Positions 1-9,048 of a stretch of 63,378 bases of DNA are shown here, piece by piece. Source of the DNA: Chloroflexota bacterium. GTDB lineage: Bacteria > Chloroflexota > Chloroflexia > QHBQ01. The notes below the pieces were generated by a model. The model ran no database searches and was not told the DNA's origin. It saw only the letters and a list, made by a program, of their open reading frames with translations. The translations under genes were made by a program, and so were the position numbers. Location of the stretch: the NCBI GenBank assembly GCA_043754535.1, contig JAYUUN010000005.1, forward strand, positions 1 to 63,378. The letters are read 5' to 3'. Every line of letters begins with the position of its first letter. Position 1 is the first letter of the stretch.

Positions 1-186
1 AACATCAACCCCTGCAACTTTCAGGGACGCACCTACTACACTGACACAGTATGGATCGACCTTGAGACTGGTATCGCTCTCAAGCGGGAGGGGCTGGACG
101 GGAAGGGTACCATCGTACACTCCCAGGAGGTCACTGGCATCCAGGTGAACGTGCCGCTCGACCCCAGCCTGTTCAACACCAGGTAG
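1..186 (+). CDS. 3' end of a LolA/RseB-like lipoprotein-sorting-fold protein (partial)
   Basis: Frame 1 is open from base 1 to TAG at 184-186 and reads ...TVWIDLETGIALKREGLDGKG...IQVNVPLDPSLF, a typical LolA-like C-terminus. Confidence 0.5.
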   Translation, partial: NINPCNFQGRTYYTDTVWIDLETGIALKREGLDGKGTIVHSQEVTGIQVNVPLDPSLFNTR

Positions 187-201
187 CTGCTAGTCAGCAA
201 C

Positions 202-234
202 AGAAGGGGCGGCCCATTACGGGTCGCCCTCTTT
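202..234. terminator. Bidirectional intrinsic terminator
   Basis: Hairpin AGAAGGGGCGGCCC-ATTAC-GGGTCGCCCTCTTT between convergent genes. Confidence 0.65.
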
Positions 235-265
235 GTACTGCTCACCCTGCTGCTCTGCAAGGGGG

Positions 266-1336
266 CTAGAAGACGCGCTTGAGTACGCCGATTGCGCCCT
301 GCTTCCAGGGGACGCGGTGGCTTACGCCGCTCGCTCCCTCAAAGTCTTGGCGGTGGGCAATGTACCATTGCAGGTTGCGAACCAGCGCGTCCTTGTTGCT
401 GAACTTCGGTCGCCAGCCTAGCTGCTGCTGGGCCTTGTCTATCGAGACGAACGAATCCTTGCTGGCCGTCTCATAGACCCACTTGTAGAGCGGGCTGACG
501 TGTAGGGCTTCGAGGAAGCGCAGCCCCCAGATCGCAGGGGTGGCGGGGAAGCCGATGATCTGCTTGCCATAACCCGCGTAATCCAACACCGCCTGGTAGT
601 CCCCCTTCATGGTGGTGAACTCCTTTGCGCCGATATTGAAGGTATCATTGACCTTCTCTGCTGGCAGGGTCAGGCAGAGATGGATGGCCTGGCAGAGGTC
701 TTCTACGTCGAGTAGCTGGTAGCGGTTGTTGCCGCTGCCGATCATCGGGAAGTTGCGCTTGTCCAAAGCCCAGTCGTAGAGCAGGGCGAACACGCCCAGC
801 CTTTCGGGGCCAATGAACGACTTGGGGCGGATGATGGAGAGAACCAAGCCCTTGGCCCGCTGTTCCAGGCAGACGATCTCGGCCTGGATTTTCGCTTCCC
901 CGTAGGGGCCAACCCCACTGAGGCGGTCTTCCTCGGCAAGGGGATGGTGGTCGGGGATGCCGTAGACGGCGGTGGAGGAGATGTGGACGGCGCGTTTGAC
1001 CCCCAGCTGGCGGGCGGTCTCCATCACGATGCGGCTGCCTACCACGTCGGTGGTATAGATGTCCTTTGGGGTGTAGAGCGGCAGGGCAGCAGCGGTGTGG
1101 ACGACGTAATCGCAGCCCGCCATAGCTTGCTGCACGGCCTTCTTGCTGCGGATGTCGCCCTTGAAGAACTCGATCTTGTCCCTCATGTCGGGGTAGTCGA
1201 AGTCGGCGATGTCCAGCACATTGATTGCGTAGCCGCGCTCGAACAGGTAGCGAGTGAGGTTGATACCGAGGAAGCCGGAGCCGCCGGTAATCAAGACGCG
1301 GCCTGGTTGCTGGTTGCCTTGTGTCTCTTGTGTCAC
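266..1336 (-). CDS. NAD-dependent epimerase/dehydratase (extended SDR, 3-beta-HSD-like)
   Basis: TGGSGFLG Rossmann motif, SSTAVYG, YGEAK catalytic YxxxK; AAGGAG RBS. Confidence 0.9.
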   Translation of the reverse strand: MTQETQGNQQPGRVLITGGSGFLGINLTRYLFERGYAINVLDIADFDYPDMRDKIEFFKGDIRSKKAVQQAMAGCDYVVHTAAALPLYTPKDIYTTDVVGSRIVMETARQLGVKRAVHISSTAVYGIPDHHPLAEEDRLSGVGPYGEAKIQAEIVCLEQRAKGLVLSIIRPKSFIGPERLGVFALLYDWALDKRNFPMIGSGNNRYQLLDVEDLCQAIHLCLTLPAEKVNDTFNIGAKEFTTMKGDYQAVLDYAGYGKQIIGFPATPAIWGLRFLEALHVSPLYKWVYETASKDSFVSIDKAQQQLGWRPKFSNKDALVRNLQWYIAHRQDFEGASGVSHRVPWKQGAIGVLKRVF

Positions 1337-1449
1337 TAAACGATAACTCCTTTGTTGATTTGGTGTAGGTTAAAGTTGCGTCGGTGGCGGGCGTGATGTC
1401 ACGGTGCCGCTCAAATGGGCTGTCAGCAGGGGTAGGGCAGAACTGGAGG

Positions 1450-2313
1450 CTAGATGTTTACGGGCTGGGGTTCTGGCAGGATCGGTTTGCGCTCGATCAG
1501 GTCGTACTTGTGGCCGCTAGTCAGGGTATTGATTACTACGCCGCACATGGTGAAGGGGCGGTAGCCTTTTGCGTCGTGGATGTCGGTGTAGCTCATGTTG
1601 CTCGCGTCTACGATCAGCACGCTCCCCCTGCCGACTACCTCCAGCCGCTTGTCAGGGTCGATGATAGCAGCGGTGTCCTCGTCGATGCCGATACCAAGAA
1701 TGAAGGGGTTGTGGGCGACGGCGGTGAGCAGCCTGCCGATGCGGTCGCGCTGGCTAAAGTGCTGGTCTATGATCGCCTGGGTGAGCAGGCCCATGCCGGG
1801 GCAGAGTTGCACCATACGCTGCTTGGGGCTGCTGCCGCTTGCGCCAAAGGCGATCATGTGCTGGCTGACTGCGCTGGCCCCGGCACTGGTGCCGCCGACC
1901 AGCATCCCTGCGCTGTGCATATCGCGGATGCGCTGCAAGACAGCAGTGCCGCCCAGGATGGCGGAGAGCTTCATCTGGTTGCCACCGGTGATAAAGAGGG
2001 CGGTGGCTCCCTCAAAGGCGGTCAGGTGGCTAACATCCATGGCCTGTTCGCGGCTGCTGATGTTCAGGACCTCGACCTGGCGTGCGCCGAGGGTACGGAA
2101 TATCTCGCGGTAACGCTGGCCGACGACGGTGGCAAGGCTGCTAGCGGTGGGCATCACCACGATGCGGGCGGCGTGGCCCCCGGCCAGCGCGACGAAGCGG
2201 CGTAGGACAGTGCGCTCGTCTTGCTTGTCCTCGGCCCCGCCAATCGGCATCAGGTAGCCGCGCCGCACCAGCTTCTCGCGGGGAAAGAGGACGGCTGTAC
2301 TATCGGTCTCCAT
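1450..2313 (-). CDS. cphB: Cyanophycinase (peptidase S51)
   Basis: IGGAEDK, PTAS, TGGNQ, GTSAGA nucleophile motif, DQHF, GIDED. Confidence 0.88.
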   Translation of the reverse strand: METDSTAVLFPREKLVRRGYLMPIGGAEDKQDERTVLRRFVALAGGHAARIVVMPTASSLATVVGQRYREIFRTLGARQVEVLNISSREQAMDVSHLTAFEGATALFITGGNQMKLSAILGGTAVLQRIRDMHSAGMLVGGTSAGASAVSQHMIAFGASGSSPKQRMVQLCPGMGLLTQAIIDQHFSQRDRIGRLLTAVAHNPFILGIGIDEDTAAIIDPDKRLEVVGRGSVLIVDASNMSYTDIHDAKGYRPFTMCGVVINTLTSGHKYDLIERKPILPEPQPVNI

Positions 2314-2508
2314 AATGTTAAAGTTCCCTCTGTCTTGCCGTGCTGTTTTGCAGCGGGTAATTTGTATATGTATCTATATGATACCATGTGAGCAGGGGGT
2401 TTGTAAACCTCCTGGCTGACGGCAGGCTCTAGCAAAGTGGCCCCTTGACCGCCACCGCAGTCAGCGGTTATGATTAACCCATAGCTTACCAGAGAAGAAG
2501 GAGGCTCC

Positions 2509-4113
2509 TTGATGCGCCGTGCCTATCGCCCGCTGATCGCCCTCGTTGTACTTGCCAGCCTGTTCGCCTGCTACCCGACTTCGCCCGCTGTGGCGCAGGC
2601 GGGGCCACCAGCAGTGCGCTGGTTCTACTACTCGCCCGACGACCCGCTAGCGGTTGCCTCGTTCAAGGCCAACGCCGACCGCTTCAACGCGATCTCACCC
2701 GACTACTATGTGCTGGCCGCGAATGGCACGATCAGCGGCGACAACCAGCCAGAGGCCGACTTGCTGGCTCACCAGAAGAAGATGCGTATCTTCCCCATGC
2801 TCCGCAATGCGGTAAAGGGGGGCGACTTCGACGCTTTCCTCAACGACGCGGTGGCGCGTAAGCGGGCGGTAGCGAGCATCGCGGCGATCCTCAAGAACGG
2901 CGGCTTCGACGGCATCCAGCTTGACCTGGAGCAGGTGGCCGACGGCTCGCGGGCGGGGCTGACGGCCTTCGTCAAGGAGTTGAGCGTGGCTCTGCACCGG
3001 GAGGGGCGGCTAGTGACGATGGCAATCCCGGCGATGACGGCAGACAATGGCTCGGCCTTCGACTACCTGGCCCTGGGCAGCCTGCTGGACTACGCTTGCG
3101 TGATGGCTTATGACTACCACTGGTCTACTGGCGACCCCGGCCCGATTGCGCCAGCGGGCTGGTTGGAGCAGGTGGCGGCTTATAGCGTGCGGACGATAGC
3201 GCGGGAGAAGGTGCTGTTTGGGGTCAACACCTACGGCCTGAACTGGAACCTGACCAGTGGGGGGCAGGCAGCGGAGGCTAGCTACGTGCAGGCGATGGCC
3301 TTTGCGGCCCGCGAGGGGGCCAGCAGCGGCTACGACGCGGCTAGCGAGGGGGGATGGGTGCGTTATAGCGAGGGGGGCCAGCAGCACGAGGTCTGGCACG
3401 AGAACGCGGCCAGCTTCCTGGCGAAGGTGGCGACAGTGGAGATGATGGGTATGGCTGGCTATGCGGTATGGCGCATTGGGGTAGAGGACGCTGCGATCTG
3501 GCCGCAGCTTGGCCGCAGCGTCGCTAGCTCAGCCGCCTGTGAGCGGTTGAGTGCGGCGCAAGCCAGCAGCGGCTTTGCCTACTTTGCAGAGACCGGCCAC
3601 ACGCTGGGCGGTCGCTTCCGCCGCGAGTGGACGGCACGGGGCGGCATCGCAGTGAGCGGCTTCCCGCTCAGCGAGCCGTTCTACCAGCGTAGCAGGCTGG
3701 ATGGCAAACTCTATCTAACCCAGTATTTCGAGCGCGCCCGCTTCGAGTTCCACCCAGAGGCGGCGGGGACGGTGTACGCGGTGCAACTGGGGCAGCTTGG
3801 CCGCGAGGCACTGGGTGACCGCCTGCCGCCGCCCTCTCCACCAGCCGCCAATACTGCCGCCACCCGCTACTTCACCGAGACGCAGCACAAGGTCAGCAAC
3901 GCCTTCTACCAGTATTGGCGGGCGAACGGTGGCTTGACCCAGTTTGGCTATCCACTCAGTGACGAGACGGTGGTGAGCGGCGGGGACGGCAGGCAGATGG
4001 TGGTGCAATACTTCGAGCGCGCCCGCTTCGAGTCGCACCCAGAGAGCGACGCGCAGCCGGTGCAGCTTAGCCGCCTGGGGGTGGACACGCTGGCGGCGCA
4101 GGGTTGCCGCTAG
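2509..4113 (+). CDS. Secreted GH18 glycoside hydrolase (YaaH/SleL-like) with C-terminal Chloroflexota-type repeats
   Basis: Signal peptide; DGIQLDLE (DxxDxDxE-like) and MAYDYH motifs; two YFxET-H...G(F/Y)PLSE...QYFERARFE repeats. Confidence 0.85.
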   Translation: MMRRAYRPLIALVVLASLFACYPTSPAVAQAGPPAVRWFYYSPDDPLAVASFKANADRFNAISPDYYVLAANGTISGDNQPEADLLAHQKKMRIFPMLRNAVKGGDFDAFLNDAVARKRAVASIAAILKNGGFDGIQLDLEQVADGSRAGLTAFVKELSVALHREGRLVTMAIPAMTADNGSAFDYLALGSLLDYACVMAYDYHWSTGDPGPIAPAGWLEQVAAYSVRTIAREKVLFGVNTYGLNWNLTSGGQAAEASYVQAMAFAAREGASSGYDAASEGGWVRYSEGGQQHEVWHENAASFLAKVATVEMMGMAGYAVWRIGVEDAAIWPQLGRSVASSAACERLSAAQASSGFAYFAETGHTLGGRFRREWTARGGIAVSGFPLSEPFYQRSRLDGKLYLTQYFERARFEFHPEAAGTVYAVQLGQLGREALGDRLPPPSPPAANTAATRYFTETQHKVSNAFYQYWRANGGLTQFGYPLSDETVVSGGDGRQMVVQYFERARFESHPESDAQPVQLSRLGVDTLAAQGCR

Positions 4114-4216
4114 CAGAGCAGTACAAGCTCCTTTCTGGCCCGACTATTGCTTTATCGCTGCAATACCCCTGTTGTGGGGATTGGCAGACTGGTATAGCAA
4201 ATGAGGAGGGCGTGAT

Positions 4217-5548
4217 ATGAAAAGATTTGGCATTATTGCTGCGCTGTTGTTGGTTGTATTGGCGGGTAACGCTTTCGCACAGAGTACGCCGGTGCAGATC
4301 GTGGCTGACCTGGACTCGGCCAGCGCGACGGGCATCAGCGTAGAGGGGCTGGTGGCGGATAGTAGCGGCAACCTCTACACCAGCGACCTGGCTAGCCGCA
4401 AGTTCTACCGCATCGCGGCGGCTAGTGGCAAGGTGGATGTGCTTGGCACCCTACCTGGTACTAGCCTCGGCATGGCCTTCGACGGCAAGGGCGATCTCTA
4501 CCTGGCGGCGGCCAGTGGCAGCATCTACCGCCTGCCCGCTAGCCTGCTTGCTGCGGGTAGCTTCACCGCCACCGACGTACTAACCTTTGCCACAGGGGTG
4601 CGCGGGGCTAACGGTATCGCCTTCGACACCGCCAGCAACCTGTTCGTCTCTGGGGGGCAGACTGGTAGCATCTACAAGGTCGCCCCCGATGGCAGCGTGG
4701 TCACCTTCACCAGCGGCCTGACCTCTACTCGCAGCGACCAGCAGATTAGCACCAACGGCCTCGCCTTCAGCCCCCTGGATGGCAAGCTGTACTCGGCTAA
4801 CACGGGTAGCGGCACGATTGACCGCTTTGCCCTCAACGCCGACGGCACCGCTGGGGCGCGGGAGCAGTTCGCGGCCAGCAACCTGCTGCTGGGGGCAGAT
4901 GGCATCACCTTCGCGGCCAACGGTGACCTCTACGTGTGCGCCAACGAGCGGAACGCTATCGTGCGGGTTACGCCTGATGGTAAGGCGACCGACATTGCCA
5001 GCAACGACAACAAGGGGCCGCTGGAGTTCCCCGCCAGCCCCAGCTTCGTTGGCAACGCACTCTATGCCACCAACTTCGACATTGCGAAGGGCGAGAACGC
5101 GCCTAACAGCCCCGGTATCGGTGCCTCTATCGCGCGCATCGAGGTGAACACCACTGGCGCGCCGCTGCCCTTCAAGGGGCGAGTTCAGGTGCAGCCGCCA
5201 GTTGGCAGCCCTGTGGTTAGCCCGACCGCTGCTATCGACACCACGCCGGTGCAGCCTGCGATTACGGCGACCGTGACGGTCACTGGCCTTGCTACCCTAC
5301 CCGCCAGCCCCGAAGCGACCGCCGCTATCGGCAGCACGCCGCAGGTGCAGCCCGCGACTACGGCAACCAGCGCGATGATGGCTAGCCCCACCGCTGCGAT
5401 GATGGCCGAAACGCCAAGCCCGACGGCTAGCCAGCCAAGTGGCCTACCGCGCACAGGGGACAGCGACATGGCAACCATCTTCGCCCTGCTAATCTTCGCC
5501 CTCGCCGCAGTGGGGGTAGGGATCGCGCTGCGAACGCACAAGGCCTAG
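4217..5548 (+). CDS. Sortase-anchored beta-propeller protein (SMP-30/gluconolactonase-like)
   Basis: Signal peptide, repeated GxAFDxxGxLY blades, P/T/A-rich linker, LPRTG plus TM helix plus basic tail. Confidence 0.8.
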   Translation: MKRFGIIAALLLVVLAGNAFAQSTPVQIVADLDSASATGISVEGLVADSSGNLYTSDLASRKFYRIAAASGKVDVLGTLPGTSLGMAFDGKGDLYLAAASGSIYRLPASLLAAGSFTATDVLTFATGVRGANGIAFDTASNLFVSGGQTGSIYKVAPDGSVVTFTSGLTSTRSDQQISTNGLAFSPLDGKLYSANTGSGTIDRFALNADGTAGAREQFAASNLLLGADGITFAANGDLYVCANERNAIVRVTPDGKATDIASNDNKGPLEFPASPSFVGNALYATNFDIAKGENAPNSPGIGASIARIEVNTTGAPLPFKGRVQVQPPVGSPVVSPTAAIDTTPVQPAITATVTVTGLATLPASPEATAAIGSTPQVQPATTATSAMMASPTAAMMAETPSPTASQPSGLPRTGDSDMATIFALLIFALAAVGVGIALRTHKA

Positions 5549-5565
5549 AGCTGGGCGGAACCAGG

Positions 5566-5600
5566 AGGGGGAGCGTGACGTTGGTCATGCTCCCCCTTTT
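5566..5600 (+). terminator. Intrinsic terminator
   Basis: AGGGGGAGCGTGAC-GTTG-GTCATGCTCCCCCT followed by TTT. Confidence 0.75.
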
Positions 5601-5628
5601 GTGTGCGCTAGCGGTTCGCCAGGCTGGG

Positions 5629-6246
5629 CTACGGCTTGAGCGGGCGGGCTGCTACCCCTTGCGGGCCGAAGCGGGCGACCACCAGTGCCTCTAGCCGAGT
5701 GCGGTATTCGCCAGCCGCCTTGAGGCTGCCAATATCACGACCCCGACGGGCAAGCACGGTGTTGGCCCAGAGCAGGCAGAGTTCCGCCGCCTTCAGCACC
5801 AGCCAGAGGGCGTACTGCTCTGGCGCATCGCTGGTGGCCGGGTAGCTGTCGCTGAAGTGTTGGAGGTCGTAGGCAGCATAGACGGTGAGGTTAGCCGGGC
5901 CTGCCTCTGCCGCGAGCAGGGGGCGGCTGAACAGCAGCACGCTGCCGAACATCCGATAGCTGAGGGCGGCACTGCTGGCGGTGTTGGGGTCGGCGGCCTC
6001 ATCGCGGTTGAGCCTGCGCCCAGCCAATTCCACGCTGAGTACGCTGCGGCAACCCGGCACCGCAAGGGCGCGCTGGCCCAGCACCGGGCTGTAGCTATCA
6101 TCGCGCAGGGTAGGCAGGTGTTGCGAGAGCCAGTCAATCGCCTCATTGAGCTTCTGCTTACGCAGGCTATCATCCCAGATGTAGCCGTCGCGGTCACCCA
6201 GTTCGTTCGCCAGTAGTGCGCTGGTGCTGGTCAGTTCGATAGTCAT
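5629..6246 (-). CDS. Putative phage head-tail adaptor/head-completion protein
   Basis: Last gene of the portal operon; AAGGAG RBS; N-terminal L.D....W.D..L...LNEAI pattern resembles head-completion proteins. Function inferred from context. Confidence 0.5.
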   Translation of the reverse strand: MTIELTSTSALLANELGDRDGYIWDDSLRKQKLNEAIDWLSQHLPTLRDDSYSPVLGQRALAVPGCRSVLSVELAGRRLNRDEAADPNTASSAALSYRMFGSVLLFSRPLLAAEAGPANLTVYAAYDLQHFSDSYPATSDAPEQYALWLVLKAAELCLLWANTVLARRGRDIGSLKAAGEYRTRLEALVVARFGPQGVAARPLKP

Positions 6247-6311
6247 CTTGTTGCTCCTTTCGAGCTAGGGGTTGCTGGTTGGTGCGGCTGCGGCTACGCT
6301 ACTAGGCCCAG

Positions 6312-6857
6312 CTAGAGGCGGCCCATGCGGTAGGCGCGCACGTGTTGCAGGAGGCTGCCAGGGCAGGTGGTGTCGTTGTGCGGTAGTTCGCAGTGGCCGT
6401 AAACCTCGTGGTCGGTGACGAGCAGAGCGCGCTGGCGGGCGAGGCTATCGAGGTACCAGCGCAGGCTGAGTAGCTGGGCGGCAGTTGGCTGCTGCCAGCT
6501 ACCGTTGGGCAGCACCCCCGCATCTACCAGGATTGCCAGGCTGCGCTCGTTGGCGGGCGAATGGGCGTGCCAGGTGACCACTTCGAGCGGTTGGGTGAGA
6601 TAAACGACCCCGCTGGCCCCAATCACGCGGTGGTACATCAGGCCGAAGCCGCCAACCCCACCGCCCCAGTCCTTGCGGATGTGATAGCGGGCGAAGTCGC
6701 GGATGCGGGCTAGCTCGTCGTGCGGCTGGTCGGGGCGGGGCGGATAGCCCGTCCAATGTACGGCCACCTCGCTGATCTGGCCGAGTGGTCGTAGTACGAG
6801 GTTGGGGCTGGCCGCTATGCGCGGTATGTCGTTCACGATGTTGACGATCTGGGGCAT
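6312..6857 (-). CDS. N-acetylmuramoyl-L-alanine amidase (Amidase_2/PGRP fold), endolysin-like
   Basis: VAVHWT, YH, WHA..AN, GH...T.CPG zinc-amidase motifs; no signal peptide; ATG overlaps the portal stop (TGATG). Confidence 0.85.
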   Translation of the reverse strand: MPQIVNIVNDIPRIAASPNLVLRPLGQISEVAVHWTGYPPRPDQPHDELARIRDFARYHIRKDWGGGVGGFGLMYHRVIGASGVVYLTQPLEVVTWHAHSPANERSLAILVDAGVLPNGSWQQPTAAQLLSLRWYLDSLARQRALLVTDHEVYGHCELPHNDTTCPGSLLQHVRAYRMGRL

Positions 6858-8146
6858 CACCCACCTCCTTGGGTGGCGGTTTCGCCAATAGCATCCTCTA
6901 CCTGGGCCGCATCGTGGATACCACGGTCGAACAACTGGCTCTCCACTGCCACGCGCTGGGCCAACTCCTGAGGCAATAGGGGCGGCCAGGTGATGGTCAG
7001 CACGGCTTCGCTAACGTCGGCGATGCGGCGGTGGCCGAAGCGTCGCCACTGGTCGAGGATCAGCCAGGCGCGGCGGCGCACCATGCTGCCCCAGCCGATC
7101 TGCTTACGGGCCACCTTTTGGGTGAGGGGTTGCAGTTCGAGTTCGAGGGCTATGCCACTGCGGTTGCCGCCACTGACTTCGCCGAAAGCGATGCGCGGCA
7201 TCTCTGCCAGGTCGTGGAAGACGCGGTAGAGAGCTTCGATGTAGCGCAGGTGTGCGCCAGCCGAGCCGCCACCCAGGAAGTCGAGCAGGTAGGCGCGAGC
7301 AGCGGGATTCTCCAAAGTCCAGAGTTGACCGGGGCCAACGCTGAGGTTGGCGGTCGCCTCCTGGGTCGCCCCAGAGACGACCGCTGCGGGGTTGCCGCTG
7401 GCCTCCAACAGGCGGCTGAGGGTAGAGAGGCGGCGGTTGAGTTCGTCCTGCACCCCTAGCAGCGGCTCAAGGTCGCTCATGCCCCAGGGCGATTTGGGGA
7501 TCGGCTGGTTGGCAAAGAAGATGAAGGGGATGTAGCCGTAGGGGTTGGGGCCGTCGCTGGTAGCCGCGCCGTTCTCGCGGATGATTAGCCGCGCATCCGT
7601 CCACTCCTCCTCGTAGGCCACGCCGCCACTGACATAGCGGTAGGTGAGGGCGGTCAGCCTGCGGTTGTTGCCGCCCCAGACCGGCTCCACGTTCATCACA
7701 TCGCAGGCATCCACCTGCACTCGCCCCTCAGCCGCGCTCCACAGCACGCGATAGCAGCCGTCGCCGAGGACGGCAGCATCAACGGCGGTGGCGTAGTCGA
7801 GGGCGGGCAGGTCGTTGTCGTCGGCGGTCTGCTGGTAGAGGCGGCCAAACCAGGCGGCCTGCTTGGCCGAAACCTGTGCGTAGCTGACCAGGGCGGGCCG
7901 AGCGGTGAGGTAAGTGGCCGCTTTGAGGACGAAGGCTTGCACGTAGTTGAAGGTGAGGCGGGTCTCGCGGCCACGCGCCTGGCCGAACCACTGCTGACCG
8001 TTGTAGAAGTCGAGCAACATCTGGTAGTGCGCCCGTCCCGCTGGAGCCGCCACACCCTCCCCCCAGCCGCTGGGGGCAAACCCGCCCGCAGCCCACCGCC
8101 GCGCCAACTGCTGCGGGCTGATCGCCGTAGAACCATAGTAAGTCAT
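6857..8146 (-). CDS. Phage portal protein (SPP1 gp6-like)
   Basis: FYNGQQW, LTFNY, NPYGYIPF..F.N, WGMSDL..L...QDELN, SGIAL motifs; start placed at ATG 8146 behind a GGGAGG RBS. Confidence 0.88.
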   Translation of the reverse strand: MTYYGSTAISPQQLARRWAAGGFAPSGWGEGVAAPAGRAHYQMLLDFYNGQQWFGQARGRETRLTFNYVQAFVLKAATYLTARPALVSYAQVSAKQAAWFGRLYQQTADDNDLPALDYATAVDAAVLGDGCYRVLWSAAEGRVQVDACDVMNVEPVWGGNNRRLTALTYRYVSGGVAYEEEWTDARLIIRENGAATSDGPNPYGYIPFIFFANQPIPKSPWGMSDLEPLLGVQDELNRRLSTLSRLLEASGNPAAVVSGATQEATANLSVGPGQLWTLENPAARAYLLDFLGGGSAGAHLRYIEALYRVFHDLAEMPRIAFGEVSGGNRSGIALELELQPLTQKVARKQIGWGSMVRRRAWLILDQWRRFGHRRIADVSEAVLTITWPPLLPQELAQRVAVESQLFDRGIHDAAQVEDAIGETATQGGG

Positions 8147-8251
8147 TGGTATTCCCTCCCTTTGCGGCAAACAAGCGCGGCGCACCCACAGATGTGGCTC
8201 GCGCTGCCTTGCCGCCACCGCCCTTTACTGGCAAGCGCAGTGCGGTTGGAG

Positions 8252-8309
8252 GGCAAGCAAAAAGCGCGGTTCCACCCTGGTCTGGGTGGCCGCGCAGTGC
8301 TTGCTACGG
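8252..8309 (-). terminator. Leader terminator of the portal operon carrying the 21-nt motif shared with the capsid operon
   Basis: Minus strand CCGTAGCAAGCACTGCGCGGCCACCC-AGACCA-GGGTGGAACCGCGC-TTTTTGCTTGCC. Confidence 0.7.
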
Positions 8310-8346
8310 TCAAGTATTCTGGTTCAGTCTTGTCGAACCTGACCAC

Positions 8347-8375
8347 ATTGTAGCACAATAGCACCTAATTGTCAA
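8347..8375 (-). promoter_or_regulatory. sigma70-type promoter of the portal operon
   Basis: TTGACA-17 bp-TACAAT with extended TGTG; same architecture as 44119-44147. Confidence 0.75.
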
Positions 8376-8430
8376 GGGGTGGCTAGCGAATGGGGGCAAG
8401 TGGCTGGCATAGAGGCGGTGACCAGGGGCG

Positions 8431-8620
8431 AACAAAAACGCGACTGCCCTTGTCGGTAGTCGCGCCGTGTCTTCTTGTTGTGTTGCAAAGCTACAAGTCT
8501 GCGGCCAAACCCATCTTCGTAAGGCGGGGCCGTAAGCGGCTTGTTACTTGTCCTCCGGACGAGCTAACGGCTCTCCATCTTCGCAGGGTCGCGTCGCGGG
8601 TACGAACGGTGAACGTCGGA
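8431..8620 (-). ncRNA. Candidate ~190-nt structured ncRNA or attenuator leader
   Basis: Bounded by TTGACT-17-TATAAT (8654-8626) and terminator CGCGACTACC-GACAAG-GGCAGTCGCG-TTTTTGTT; no credible ORF inside. Confidence 0.55.
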
Positions 8621-9048
8621 CTAGCATTATACGTTATGTTGGGGCAGGAGTCAAGTAGTTTGGCCTAAATTGGGCAGATTTGGGGGTCGCTGCCCGCCGC
8701 CCACTCAGCAAGCAGGCAGGGATGGAGGTGCTGCCACAATCTACACCTAAAGTTGGTTGCCAGAGGGTAGGGTAAGCTGCTATAATGGGGCATAGTTTGT
8801 ACTTTGAGAGGAGAGCAGCCCATGTCAGTCGCCACCCGCCAGTTTACCCCAGAGTGCGCCCGCTGATCTAGCTTGCCAGTCCTGGCTACCCCGCAGCAAC
8901 TTACCAATCAGGGCGTGACCCACGCGCCCGACTAGTTGCCTGCCCGCGAACCGCCTTCCAGCCTCACGCACTCCCAGCTTGCCGCCTCCAATCGGGGGCA
9001 AAGATGCTCTCCCCTGGGAGGGATAGGTGACGTGAAAGAGGTTCTGTT

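Noticed and set aside
8531..8575. SRP RNA helix-8-like segment (GUCCGGAGGACAAG on the minus strand)
   Set aside because: Lacks the conserved CAGG and AGCAG internal-loop residues.
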